Position numbers and translations under genes: made by a program
The notes under the pieces: model-generated
What the model saw: only the letters and a program-made list of their open reading frames with translations
Told to the model about the DNA's origin: nothing
Database searches by the model: none
Source: a virus
Taxonomy: Duplodnaviria; Heunggongvirae; Uroviricota; Caudoviricetes
Length of the DNA: 64,000 bases
Direction: 5' to 3' (one strand)
Virus record (IMG/VR): IMGVR_UViG_3300012996_000001
Coordinates: 64,001 to 128,000 of that record
Part shown: in pieces, positions 8,524-17,707 of the stretch
How the letters are laid out: every line of letters starts with the position of its first letter
Numbering within the stretch: the first letter of the stretch is position 1

Positions 8524-10030
8524 AGTCTACCGCTTTACCGAACGGAGGATCCCATTGATTTCCGTGTCGACCTAAGATAACCCATAAGGTTTTATTGCCG
8601 TATTTTTTGGCCCAGTCTTTCACTTTTGACACATCGCTGAAATAACCGTCGGTATAAATCACGATCTGGTCAGGATCATGCGGTTCTTTGTCTAAGGCTT
8701 CGAACACACAGGAAACATCTGTCCCGAAAGTTGTGGTGATCTTGTAGTCATTCAACTCCCTTACGTTTGCCTTGGTGTACTTAACCGTGTTGCCAACTTC
8801 GGTTGACCAGCAGCTTAAGTAGACTTCAAAGTCGTCATACTGATTACACATACCACGGATCTCTCGCATGGTGGGTCGAAGCAAGCTGTCATTGAAAGAT
8901 CCTGACACATCAAAGAAGATGTGGGCACGGATAGTCTTTGCTTTAGAGTAAGACGGTAGACCGATAGTCTGCCGACTTGTCAAATGCCCCGAATTACGCA
9001 GAGTCTTCGTCAAAGAATAACTCCGGCGATGCAGACGACGGTATGAGACGTTATCCTTAAACAGGCGTTCAATCGTCTTACGCAGCAGGCGAAGGTAATT
9101 AATCTTCGGCTTACCCGCCTCTTCAACATATTTACGTGCATCCTTAGGCGCTCCGGATCCCGCAGCTTTCACACCGTTTTGGATTGCCCGGCGCATCACT
9201 GTATCGTTACGGTTCTTTTCCTCGGTTGAAAGAGCCTTCTTGGCGGCAGGGTTTGTGCCCAACACATCAGACAAGGTGGCTTCGTCAGGGTCATTCGAGA
9301 AAGTTCCGTCGGAGTTAGCATGTTGGTCTGTACCTTGTGAACCGCCCGGCTGTTTACCACCTGAACCGCCCGCCGGGGGAGGGTTCTGTTTCTCGTTACG
9401 CAGGATCTCGTAGATCTGCTCGGTAAACATGTCAACAAACCGGAAGTCAGCATAGGCCCACTTCATGAAGGCAAATTCCTCATCTTCTGGGAAGTCGCTG
9501 TCCTTCCCTTTAGGGAACCAGGCCCGACCCATGTTGTCGGCGTTGCTGTGGATCAGGATCGCATTTGTATTGATTCGGTGATCGGCAGCAATGTTAAACA
9601 GTTCATGATCAAAACCTTTTCCACGGTACATGTGATCAGATACGACGTGGTCACATTCATGCTCCAGCACAAAGGCGATTTCACGAGAGGTTTTCTTACG
9701 ATAGAAGACATCAATGTGATGTTTCATATCGGCATTCTTTTTCGGATCCTGAATATTTTTGTCGATTCGCTGGTATACCAGCTTCTTCCGCTCATCAGTC
9801 ATGCCAGCGACGAACTCCGGAGAATAGAGGATATTACGCCCGTCAGTAGCCATAGTGTTGATTGTTTCGGTTGCCTTGACCAATGGCATAGATGAAAGCA
9901 ACACGCCGTAGAAAGGCTTGTAGCGCTTTAATTGAAGGCTTGCCGCCTCAAGGAGGATTTCTGCTTGATCTTGGTTAGCATTTGCCAGTGCCAACTCTTC
10001 TTCGTTCATAACGTCGGGTGTTTTATTCAT
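8507..10030 (-). CDS. DUF2201-type protein: putative HExxH metallopeptidase domain + C-terminal vWA-like domain
   Basis: FVLEHECDHV (HExxH); G/P-rich linker; FFDVSGSF...TTFGTDV...IYTDGY (MIDAS); start MNKTP with GGAG RBS. Confidence 0.85.
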   Translation of the reverse strand: MNKTPDVMNEEELALANANQDQAEILLEAASLQLKRYKPFYGVLLSSMPLVKATETINTMATDGRNILYSPEFVAGMTDERKKLVYQRIDKNIQDPKKNADMKHHIDVFYRKKTSREIAFVLEHECDHVVSDHMYRGKGFDHELFNIAADHRINTNAILIHSNADNMGRAWFPKGKDSDFPEDEEFAFMKWAYADFRFVDMFTEQIYEILRNEKQNPPPAGGSGGKQPGGSQGTDQHANSDGTFSNDPDEATLSDVLGTNPAAKKALSTEEKNRNDTVMRRAIQNGVKAAGSGAPKDARKYVEEAGKPKINYLRLLRKTIERLFKDNVSYRRLHRRSYSLTKTLRNSGHLTSRQTIGLPSYSKAKTIRAHIFFDVSGSFNDSLLRPTMREIRGMCNQYDDFEVYLSCWSTEVGNTVKYTKANVRELNDYKITTTFGTDVSCVFEALDKEPHDPDQIVIYTDGYFSDVSKVKDWAKKYGNKTLWVILGRHGNQWDPPFGKAVDFDQYL

Positions 10031-10042
10031 GTCGTCTCTCCA

Positions 10043-10069
10043 AAAGAAATGGGCCATCTAAGATGACCC
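10043..10069 (-). terminator. intrinsic terminator after the AAA gene, overlapping the next promoter
   Basis: Minus strand TGGGTCATC-TTA-GATGGCCCA followed by TTTCTTTT. Confidence 0.6.
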
Positions 10070-10097
10070 ACTATATCACACTGAAAGTTGCTGTCAA
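10070..10097 (-). promoter_or_regulatory. sigma70-like promoter for the vWA gene
   Basis: TTGACA-16-TATAGT; the AAA gene stop TGA lies inside the -35. Confidence 0.65.
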
Positions 10098-11326
10098 TTA
10101 CCTTGGAAGGCTTCCAGTTCTTTTCCGTAACGATTCTGGTATTCCATAACCAGTTGCATAACGGAGGCACACTTGGCACGCACGGTTGGGATAACCTTCT
10201 CACGCTTAGGATTACGAAGCATCAGCGGCTTTTCTTCAACCTTGTGCGAACGGAACAAGCCGATCATCAATGCAATCAAAGTATCTTTGTTGTTCTGGTA
10301 ATAGTTGTCCGTCATGAAGTTCATGAAGTTACATGCCCGGTCAACAACCAAAGGTGTCGCCAGCTTATCATCCATGATCTCATCTTCCAGCTTGGCTAAG
10401 CCAGTCTGTGCTAATACATACACTAGGTCGTTCTTCTCACGAGGCAGGTTATGTTTTGTAACCTTCCCGGAGAATACGTCCTCAATCTTGGGCAACTCAG
10501 AGGCACGCGCGTGATACGCCATTACTTCGGTGTCCAAGCCTTCCCCAACAGTACCTGCAATAGCCACTTCTGTCAGGTAATCCGAAGGGCGGTACTTGTC
10601 GTAGTCATACAGTGTACCTGATACCGTAGCCCACTGACGAGGCGATGCGAACACTGCGGTAGAGCGGTTCTCTACATCCCCTGTGTAGAAATGTTCAGGG
10701 AACTGCTTCAAGAAGCCGATAATATTCGGGTGGAGACGGAAGGGGATAGCATAATCCTCAATCCACACATCCAGATCATAATCAACTTCCACCATAATCA
10801 TACGGTTAACCAAGGGGCCCGGCATCTCTGTAGTGCCTGCATTATCGGTATCGCGGTTGCCCGCACCAACAAAGACACAGCCTTTCGGGAAGCGGTGGTC
10901 ACCTGCCACATGGTCAAGAATAACCTGATATGCAGAGTGTTGGGTCCCCAACATAGCGTTTGGAAGTTCATCCAGAAAAATAATACCTTCCCAGTTCGGG
11001 TCAGTAGGCCAGAAACTCGGGCAAGCATACACAGTGCGTGTTACTTCTTTTCCTGTTTCCTTGTCGATATAGGTGACTGGAACCGGGATACCAGCAATAT
11101 CTTGAGGCTCTTTATCCGACAAACGAACATCGCACAAGTTATTGCCTTTGCGATGTGGGAACATATTGTCGGCAATCTGTTGCATCTTCTGTGACTTGCC
11201 TAAGCCTGCACCGCCGTAAAAGAATACGGTTTTGTTCAGGCGAGCACCTAATGCCACGAAGTAATCCATATCTCGGATCGTAATACGCTTTTGGAAAACA
11301 TGTTGGGAAGTACGTTTATAAGCCAT
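10094..11326 (-). CDS. MoxR/dynein-related AAA+ ATPase
   Basis: Walker A GGAGLGKS, DVRLSDKEPQDIAGIP, Walker B IIFLDE, GAGNR sensor, LVNRM Arg finger, ASPRQW. Confidence 0.9.
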   Translation of the reverse strand: MAYKRTSQHVFQKRITIRDMDYFVALGARLNKTVFFYGGAGLGKSQKMQQIADNMFPHRKGNNLCDVRLSDKEPQDIAGIPVPVTYIDKETGKEVTRTVYACPSFWPTDPNWEGIIFLDELPNAMLGTQHSAYQVILDHVAGDHRFPKGCVFVGAGNRDTDNAGTTEMPGPLVNRMIMVEVDYDLDVWIEDYAIPFRLHPNIIGFLKQFPEHFYTGDVENRSTAVFASPRQWATVSGTLYDYDKYRPSDYLTEVAIAGTVGEGLDTEVMAYHARASELPKIEDVFSGKVTKHNLPREKNDLVYVLAQTGLAKLEDEIMDDKLATPLVVDRACNFMNFMTDNYYQNNKDTLIALMIGLFRSHKVEEKPLMLRNPKREKVIPTVRAKCASVMQLVMEYQNRYGKELEAFQGN

Positions 11327-11358
11327 CTCTGTCTATCTCCTTTGTGGGTTTCTGCTGT

Positions 11359-11386
11359 ATTGTAGGCCGGAGTTTTCCGGTGTCAA
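11359..11386 (-). promoter_or_regulatory. sigma70-like promoter with palindromic spacer
   Basis: TTGACA-CCGGAAAACTCCGGCC(16)-TACAAT. Confidence 0.7.
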
Positions 11387-11544
11387 CTAATTTCTGTCTC
11401 TTCGTACTCTAAATCGAAGAGGAAGTAAGGATCGCAGTCGTCATCGAATACAAAAAGGGTCTTTGGGTTTACACCGTGGACAGTGTATTCTATTTCAGTG
11501 TCAAATTTAGCCCCTTCCGGGGCTGCGGTGATCCTAACCTTCAT
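11383..11544 (-). CDS. small acidic hypothetical protein (53 aa, below ORF-track cutoff)
   Basis: Hand-translated MKVRITAAPEGAKFDTEIEYTVHG...LEYEETEIS*. Confidence 0.5.
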   Translation of the reverse strand: MKVRITAAPEGAKFDTEIEYTVHGVNPKTLFVFDDDCDPYFLFDLEYEETEIS

Positions 11545-11725
11545 GAGCGGTGCGCTCAAGGGTTATGCAAAGCTCATCATCAGGAAAAAAGTGAGTAATA
11601 TCCTTCACCAGATAAAGCGTATCTTGAATTACCACTTTTTCTCCAATACGTGGACAGATGAATGTCGCGTTGGTCTGCTTTTGTGCCAAATTGTTCTCGG
11701 CTGTATCTTCAATAATAACAAACAT
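11534..11725 (-). CDS. small beta-barrel-like hypothetical protein
   Basis: CPRIGEKVVIQDTLYLVKDITHF. Confidence 0.6.
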   Translation of the reverse strand: MFVIIEDTAENNLAQKQTNATFICPRIGEKVVIQDTLYLVKDITHFFPDDELCITLERTAHEG

Positions 11726-11726
11726 A

Positions 11727-12287
11727 TCACTCTCCTTTACGGTTTATAATCTCATTGATTTTAGTATCACGCATCGAGAGGTAATCCTCTCTCGGCCACT
11801 GTTGCAGGTTACTGTGATCTTCATGCCAGGCAATCATCTCACTAATCTGCATATGCATTGTATGATACTTTTTCATGCGATCCAAGTCTTTTTGACGCAA
11901 ACCTTTCAGTCGACGAATGTCTGTGTTGTGGCGCAGGTCGGCAAGCTTTACACGACAGGCGTCGTAACTCTCCAAAATGCCCTTGAGGTATTCACTGTGA
12001 GATTGAAATTCAACCTTAGTAAGACGTGTGATGCCGTCAATGACCCGCTCGGAGACCCCCAGACGGACAAGATCACATTGTCGGACAGGCGTGTCCTCAA
12101 TCAAGTCGTGACCGATTGCAATACAATTAAGTTCGTCATCACCTTTCTCTTTCAGGTAATGCATAACCTTAATAACGTGCAATACATAAGGACGGCCACC
12201 TTTATCAAACTGACCGTGGTGATGAACAGCCGCAAGCTTGATCATAGTAGCTAGCTGCTGTGCTGGACTTTCCGGGCTACGTTGCAT
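11727..12287 (-). CDS. stand-alone SpoT/Mesh1-type HD hydrolase (small alarmone hydrolase-like)
   Basis: GRPYVLHVIKV, GHDLIEDT (HDxxED), RVKLADLRHN; start MQRSP with AGGAG RBS. Confidence 0.85.
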   Translation of the reverse strand: MQRSPESPAQQLATMIKLAAVHHHGQFDKGGRPYVLHVIKVMHYLKEKGDDELNCIAIGHDLIEDTPVRQCDLVRLGVSERVIDGITRLTKVEFQSHSEYLKGILESYDACRVKLADLRHNTDIRRLKGLRQKDLDRMKKYHTMHMQISEMIAWHEDHSNLQQWPREDYLSMRDTKINEIINRKGE

Positions 12288-12314
12288 GTATGTCTCCTTA
12301 ATAAGTGTGAGCAA

Positions 12315-12343
12315 AGAGTAGCAGCAATAAAAATTCAAATCAA
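12315..12343 (-). promoter_or_regulatory. leftward divergent promoter
   Basis: TTGATT-17-TACTCT on minus strand. Confidence 0.6.
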
Positions 12344-12346
12344 CCC

Positions 12347-12375
12347 TTGATTTTATTATTCTCCGCATTTAAGAT
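12347..12375 (+). promoter_or_regulatory. rightward divergent promoter
   Basis: TTGATT-17-TAAGAT. Confidence 0.6.
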
Positions 12376-12404
12376 TACCTCATCAAATCGACGAGGGCAT
12401 ATGA

Positions 12405-12938
12405 ATGACAATGTTAGAAAATACTAAACATCGTGATGAAGAGCATGTTGACGAAAGGGCACGCCAGTTTTTCCAGTGGGGTTATAGTGGCGATGGTAAC
12501 TCTTATCATTGGAACAGTTTGGCAAAAGGCTTAAAACCAACACTGACATTAGAATCCCGCTTGGGAAACTACTGCGGTTACTGTGGCCGCCGGGCCTTAC
12601 CTATACAAGGCGAGAAGGGAGACCTCTATTCTCGTGACAAAAAATATTTCAGCAAGGGGCACTGTTGCGTGTGCAGAGATGCAATGGATGAACTGGAAAT
12701 TGAACACCAGAAAGAGCAGTTGATTGATAAGATGAATCAAGCCCTGAGTCAACTCAATTCGGTCAAGCCAGAAGTTAACCATGAGGTTATGACTTCGCTT
12801 GTCCAAGCTGAAGCAGAGCAAAAGATAAAGGAAATCCATCAGGCGAGGTCCAGGTCTCACTTCTGGCCGCCCAGCAACACAGGTATTAAAATTGTCAAAG
12901 GTGGTGAAAAAACAACGGAGGACTCATACGATGAATAA
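12405..12938 (+). CDS. hypothetical protein with Cys cluster and coiled coil
   Basis: YCGYCG...HCCVC; first gene of the rightward arm. Confidence 0.7.
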   Translation: MTMLENTKHRDEEHVDERARQFFQWGYSGDGNSYHWNSLAKGLKPTLTLESRLGNYCGYCGRRALPIQGEKGDLYSRDKKYFSKGHCCVCRDAMDELEIEHQKEQLIDKMNQALSQLNSVKPEVNHEVMTSLVQAEAEQKIKEIHQARSRSHFWPPSNTGIKIVKGGEKTTEDSYDE

Positions 12939-13170
12939 AGAACCACAAGAAATTACGCTGAACCTGGTTAATACACCCCGTCAGCATGACCCAAGTAAAC
13001 GCTGTATTGGATTCTCTGTTGACATCTCTGAGTTGAATGGTAACATGAGTCACTTCTCGGGATTACTGGAGAAATACTGTGCCCTTTACCTAGTAGGGCT
13101 GGGTTATAAAGTAGAAAAGAAAGAAGTTAACGATATGGTTTTTTCAATCGAAAAGGTAAAGGTGGAATGA
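12931..13170 (+). CDS. hypothetical protein
   Basis: Start MNKEP with GGAGG RBS. Confidence 0.6.
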   Translation: MNKEPQEITLNLVNTPRQHDPSKRCIGFSVDISELNGNMSHFSGLLEKYCALYLVGLGYKVEKKEVNDMVFSIEKVKVE

Positions 13171-13171
13171 G

Positions 13172-13444
13172 ATGAAGCAAGGCGTTGATGTAAGAGGGTT
13201 AGCGACACCTCAAAAACTCAAAGAGGTTTTTGGCCGGGAAGATCTCGGGGAGCACGAAATCCGACAGGCTTTTGTACACGGCACACCAAAATTTCGAATT
13301 GGTGCTAAGGTTGGTGTAATCAACCAAGGTATCAACTTCGAAGTGACGACCATCATTTGGAGTGATATATTCTCTTCTTGGTGCTACTACATCCCTGAGT
13401 TAGGGGTATTTCAATCTGAAATTGACTTACAGGAGTTAAAATAA
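13172..13444 (+). CDS. hypothetical protein
   Basis: ORF; PKFRIGAKV SH3-like motif. Confidence 0.6.
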   Translation: MKQGVDVRGLATPQKLKEVFGREDLGEHEIRQAFVHGTPKFRIGAKVGVINQGINFEVTTIIWSDIFSSWCYYIPELGVFQSEIDLQELK

Positions 13445-13707
13445 TGGATTTAATCACTCAATACCTTACTGTGGATGCACCTTTGGCATTATTAATTGTC
13501 TTGACCTTGGGTATTCTCACGGCATGTATCACTTTTTTCAACGAGTGCGTAGAGATTTATCGCCGGGTGGTCTGGTTGTTCTGCAAGAATCGACGGAATA
13601 ACTGGACTTGGCGGACAGTTCTGTGGTTACCTTTCCGATTTATTGTGGTCATCATTATTCCCCAAGTGATTTACATTATTTTCACCCAAGTGCTAAATTT
13701 TTCTTGA
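13444..13707 (+). CDS. membrane protein
   Basis: Two hydrophobic segments. Confidence 0.6.
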   Translation: MDLITQYLTVDAPLALLIVLTLGILTACITFFNECVEIYRRVVWLFCKNRRNNWTWRTVLWLPFRFIVVIIIPQVIYIIFTQVLNFS

Positions 13708-13760
13708 ATGTGTTTATGGGGCCATGTATTATGGCCCTTCATAAACAAGAGGAAACAGAC

Positions 13761-14411
13761 ATGAAGATCAAGATGCACAACAGGCTTTCCGGAAAAACAA
13801 CTGAGATAGTCCTTGATGAACAAGACTGGATCACCCGTGATATAGGTTTCTTTCCTGACCCGATTGCAGAAAAACTTGTCTCAAAAATTCCTAGTGCTAT
13901 CTACTCAGTAGAATCAACCGACGAGGCATGGGATAGCCGTGAACTCGGTGCCTCTATGGAGCACGTCAAGGTCTCAGACTTAGATATCGACGTTGACGGT
14001 GTTCCGTCTGAGACACAATCGCCGTGGCTGGACTTTGTCATGAACACAGATTTGGGTGAGACCAGACCTCTTCTTACCGAAGCAATGAAGGAAGAAGGTA
14101 AGCGTATTATGGAGAATCTTCACCAAGAGGGACGAATAGTCCGTTTTGACTTGGAAACTCAAGTGGATAATCAGGAAATACGGGAAATCATGCAGAAGCT
14201 TAATAAGCTGGCAGAGGACAAGAAGATTGTAATCTTCAGACCGGGTAGTTTTGCTATCGGCGGGACATCCTTATATTCCATGATCGATGATTCCTGGCAA
14301 AAAGAGGCGATGGTTGAGACTGTCCGCCCACCACACATTCGCCATTGGGATGAGCCTAAACTTCGCCGTGGCAAAGGCCACAACAAATTAAAGCGTAAGG
14401 GGAAGAAATGA
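13761..14411 (+). CDS. hypothetical protein with basic C-terminal tail
   Basis: RBS GAGG; ends RRGKGHNKLKRKGKK. Confidence 0.65.
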   Translation: MKIKMHNRLSGKTTEIVLDEQDWITRDIGFFPDPIAEKLVSKIPSAIYSVESTDEAWDSRELGASMEHVKVSDLDIDVDGVPSETQSPWLDFVMNTDLGETRPLLTEAMKEEGKRIMENLHQEGRIVRFDLETQVDNQEIREIMQKLNKLAEDKKIVIFRPGSFAIGGTSLYSMIDDSWQKEAMVETVRPPHIRHWDEPKLRRGKGHNKLKRKGKK

Positions 14412-14650
14412 TGACTAAGGAAGTATTTAAAATTAAAGAAGATTCTGATCTCTACAAGGGTTGGATGGTGGCCGCAGAAGCCCCGTACCAGCCCGGCATG
14501 ATTGAACTGGATACGTTTATGGAAGAGAAGGAGACGGGTTTGAGCGTCGAGGTAGGTATTCGTCTTAGTCGCCAAGATGCCCGATCTCTTGCTGCACACC
14601 TCAACGCATTGGCAGATCAACTCTTTTTTGAGGAGATGTCCAAAAAATGA
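14408..14650 (+). CDS. hypothetical protein
   Basis: ATGA coupling. Confidence 0.6.
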   Translation: MMTKEVFKIKEDSDLYKGWMVAAEAPYQPGMIELDTFMEEKETGLSVEVGIRLSRQDARSLAAHLNALADQLFFEEMSKK

Positions 14651-14847
14651 AAGACTTCTTGGGTAATGATTTATCAATTGGTGACGAGGTTGTTTTCACA
14701 GAATACAACCGTCACGGCCTGACCCGTGGAGAGATCATTAAATTTTCAAAAGGTATTGGAAGCCAGGCTGTAATTGAGTACAATGCCTACGGAGAGCCGA
14801 GAAAGGCTCGTAAAACTTCAGACTACGTTATTAAGGTGGTAAAATGA
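14647..14847 (+). CDS. small KOW/SH3-like hypothetical protein
   Basis: DFLGNDLSIGDEVVF. Confidence 0.6.
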   Translation: MKDFLGNDLSIGDEVVFTEYNRHGLTRGEIIKFSKGIGSQAVIEYNAYGEPRKARKTSDYVIKVVK

Positions 14848-15581
14848 CAAACAACAAATCAGGATTAAGCTATCCTCGTGAGCGCCCACGTATTCGGCAG
14901 GAAGATACGTATAATTCTGGGCATATGCGTATGATTCAAGAACATCCTTCCTATGGTCGTGTGACGATCACACATCCATCCGGCGGCAATGTCGAAATGT
15001 TTGGTTCTGACATCGTTCACAACGAGCGCGTTGCCCTCCGTATCGACTATGCCTACGAAGAGGTTAGCAACGGCATTCCTGAATACAGGAGCCTGGGTAG
15101 TAGCCGAGGTGGACGTGTGGTTGAGATCGAGATGACGGCCTTCCAGTGGGCTGGCTTGGTTGCATCTCACAGCGGTAATGGTGTGCCGTGTACGCTGCGT
15201 TACGTTACTCCAAACGGAAGCGGAAATCTCCCACTCATCGAATCGCAGAACACCTCAGAAGAGCAGGCGACTCGTGAGGTTAAGGCTAATCTTGAAGAAA
15301 TGATGGAAAGGCATAACGAAGGGCTCGAAGTCCTACGTGAACTGGTTGGTAAAGGCAAGGCCACCAAGAAAGAGTTGCAGGCTGCATTGGAGAAATTCAA
15401 CTATATCCATGCAAAACTGCCGGATGTTACCAGCTATGCTTTGCACACCTTCACTGAGCACGCAGAAAATGTTGTTGCGAAGGCTAATGCAGAGGTTGAG
15501 GCCAATATCAACAGCATCATTCAGCGTACGGGCATCAAAGCTTTAGGTATGCGCCAAGATGCGTTAGAGGACAAGTCTTGA
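14844..15581 (+). CDS. conserved phage hypothetical protein (245 aa)
   Basis: HPSYGRVTI...MFGSDIVH...EIEMTAFQWAGLVAS..GNGVPCTL. Confidence 0.75.
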   Translation: MTNNKSGLSYPRERPRIRQEDTYNSGHMRMIQEHPSYGRVTITHPSGGNVEMFGSDIVHNERVALRIDYAYEEVSNGIPEYRSLGSSRGGRVVEIEMTAFQWAGLVASHSGNGVPCTLRYVTPNGSGNLPLIESQNTSEEQATREVKANLEEMMERHNEGLEVLRELVGKGKATKKELQAALEKFNYIHAKLPDVTSYALHTFTEHAENVVAKANAEVEANINSIIQRTGIKALGMRQDALEDKS

Positions 15582-15922
15582 TGGATACAGGAACTATTGA
15601 CGACATCCTCACACGTATTGATGCGAAGATCCACGGGGCAACCAACGACGAAGAAGACGTTGAGTTTGAACTGCGAGACATCATGGATCTCCGTGGTGTT
15701 TGCGACACACTTAGCCGTGAACTGTTTGGAGTGCGTAAGTGCTCCATGCCTAAATTCATAGCAGGGGATGAGGTACGGGACAAACAAAGCTGCGTATCTT
15801 TCTACGTTTCAGATGCGGAAGTGTCCGAAGGGTCGAATGGCTATGAGTGGAATTATCGCCGTGGCTTTTACTTCATCCCCGAAAGTGACCTTGAATTGGT
15901 AAAGCCGAGAGGTGTACGATGA
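15578..15922 (+). CDS. hypothetical protein
   Basis: Coupled ORF. Confidence 0.6.
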   Translation: MMDTGTIDDILTRIDAKIHGATNDEEDVEFELRDIMDLRGVCDTLSRELFGVRKCSMPKFIAGDEVRDKQSCVSFYVSDAEVSEGSNGYEWNYRRGFYFIPESDLELVKPRGVR

Positions 15923-16113
15923 AAACTTTGGTGCAGGATATTAAAAAGGGTGATGTTTTCCGGAGAAATTCGGGTGTTGGTTGTGAAATCATTGCAAGCG
16001 ATGACGCTATTGTTGTTGGCAACAAGGTATTTATCCCTTTTGGCGGTGAAGAAGGGTTAACATACGTAGATTATTTTGGTAAAACTGTGGAGAAGATTGA
16101 TGGACCTGAGTAA
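15919..16113 (+). CDS. hypothetical protein
   Basis: Coupled ORF. Confidence 0.55.
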   Translation: MKTLVQDIKKGDVFRRNSGVGCEIIASDDAIVVGNKVFIPFGGEEGLTYVDYFGKTVEKIDGPE

Positions 16114-16414
16114 CTCTGAAACAAGCCTGATGTTTGCTATCAATGATACAGCAGACGGCCATAATGTACCTTCTATGCCGATGGGGCAGACCGAGGATGG
16201 AACCACACTGTTGGCTAAGGCGGTATTCGCGGATCAAAACTCCGCACAAAAGATGGCGGAGTTCATGAACGACCAACCCGGCGCAGGAAAAGGTCGCTTT
16301 GAAGTGGTCATGGTTGAACTGTGGCGTCCAACAGATATTGAGATCTTGGTGCGTGAGCGTATCCGCCAGCACGACGCAAACAAAGGTCCTAAGCTGATTT
16401 TACCGGGGGCATAA
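16100..16414 (+). CDS. hypothetical protein
   Basis: ORF ending KLILPGA; coupled to next gene. Confidence 0.6.
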   Translation: MDLSNSETSLMFAINDTADGHNVPSMPMGQTEDGTTLLAKAVFADQNSAQKMAEFMNDQPGAGKGRFEVVMVELWRPTDIEILVRERIRQHDANKGPKLILPGA

Positions 16415-16863
16415 TGATAAAGGTTCGTCTTAAACACATATACGGGCACAAGTTGGTAACACCGACAGACCCTGTACCTGCTACGCTTGGCGTCCGGACG
16501 GACCGCCATTTACCTGGGGTATTTTTTGTGAAAGGGAAGGATATGTTTTCTTTGGTCGGCGTTTGCAAAGAAAGCGGGAAGAAACTGGTGGGGTCGGATT
16601 TCTACTCAACAGATCAAAATTACGCATGTTTACCGGAGCAAGTTGAAGTGGTGGAAGATAATGCAGTAGAAGATTTGTCTGAAGGTTTTATAGAGATCTA
16701 TGTTTCTCCTTACACTTTCCGCGTACTTACTGAGGATGTGTTGGCTACCTCTACCCCGGTATCTCGCCGTGTTGCTACCTTCAAAGATTATCTCGCCCGT
16801 ACATTACGGATCGGTAACGTAGTCTTTGTGGAAAAACCTAAAGACGTTGTTGACAACGGTTAA
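16414..16863 (+). CDS. hypothetical protein
   Basis: TAATG coupling. Confidence 0.65.
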   Translation: MIKVRLKHIYGHKLVTPTDPVPATLGVRTDRHLPGVFFVKGKDMFSLVGVCKESGKKLVGSDFYSTDQNYACLPEQVEVVEDNAVEDLSEGFIEIYVSPYTFRVLTEDVLATSTPVSRRVATFKDYLARTLRIGNVVFVEKPKDVVDNG

Positions 16864-16878
16864 AGGCTCCTGTAATCT

Positions 16879-16906
16879 GCCCTTATCAAACTGATGAGGG
16901 CTTTTT
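16879..16906 (+). terminator. intrinsic terminator
   Basis: GCCCTTATCA-AAC-TGATGAGGGC-TTTTT. Confidence 0.7.
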
Positions 16907-16908
16907 AG

Positions 16909-17343
16909 ATGAACTTTGAAATTGGAAAATACCGAGTTGTTGTACGTGAAGGAAATAGCCAGAGTAAGATCGAGGTGTCTTTCCACCATCACCCTGGGTT
17001 AACCTCCGTATTCGTAGACGCTCCAACTGATTTGCTGCATCCGGTGTTCCGTGGTATGTTTGAACGCAAAATTAAGGATATTACTGACGAAGTACAGCGC
17101 CGTTACAATACGCTGGAAGTGTCTAATTATATCACCAATCGTAAACGAAATGTGGTGTGGAAGGCCACGCAGTTCCGTAAGGAATTTGTAAGCCTGCATG
17201 GCGACATTGAAGAAGCGAAAGATGCGTGGGACTACAACCGGGCACCAAAGGGAGTAGTGACAACAGGGAAATTCGGGGACCTGAAAGCCTTCTTGGAAAT
17301 GCGGACAGGCCGTGAACTTAACGTGGTATCTGAAAATGAATAG
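16909..17343 (+). CDS. hypothetical protein
   Basis: ORF. Confidence 0.6.
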   Translation: MNFEIGKYRVVVREGNSQSKIEVSFHHHPGLTSVFVDAPTDLLHPVFRGMFERKIKDITDEVQRRYNTLEVSNYITNRKRNVVWKATQFRKEFVSLHGDIEEAKDAWDYNRAPKGVVTTGKFGDLKAFLEMRTGRELNVVSENE

Positions 17344-17707
17344 ACGACCTGAAAGGAAGCCTATCGACCACCGTTACCAAGATGAGATCGACCAAAGTTG
17401 GGATTCTAAGTTGAAAGAAGGAGACCTGTGCTGGGTATTTCATTCTGTTCGTGGTAAGATATATGGCCCTTATAACTTCAGCTACTACACTCCGTTGGGT
17501 GCAGTCGCCTGGGGTCAGTCTTCAGGTCGAAACTTTGGTGTAAAAATACGCTATAGCCGTGGTGAGGTTGTATGTGGATCAGAATCTTTAGCCACTCAAA
17601 GGCTGTTTGTTCACAAACTGATTCAAGCTTCACGATTGAAAGTCGAATTAGGGTCTGTAGAAAAAGAGGTTGCAGAACTTATAGAAAAACTAAAGGGTTG
17701 CCAATGA
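17336..17707 (+). CDS. hypothetical protein
   Basis: Coupled ORF. Confidence 0.6.
   Translation: MNRRPERKPIDHRYQDEIDQSWDSKLKEGDLCWVFHSVRGKIYGPYNFSYYTPLGAVAWGQSSGRNFGVKIRYSRGEVVCGSESLATQRLFVHKLIQASRLKVELGSVEKEVAELIEKLKGCQ

Noticed and set aside
10691-11194. 167 aa + strand ORF
   Set aside because: Antisense to the MoxR ATPase; no supporting signals.
11658-12254. 198 aa + strand ORF
   Set aside because: Antisense shadow of the HD hydrolase; no RBS or motif.
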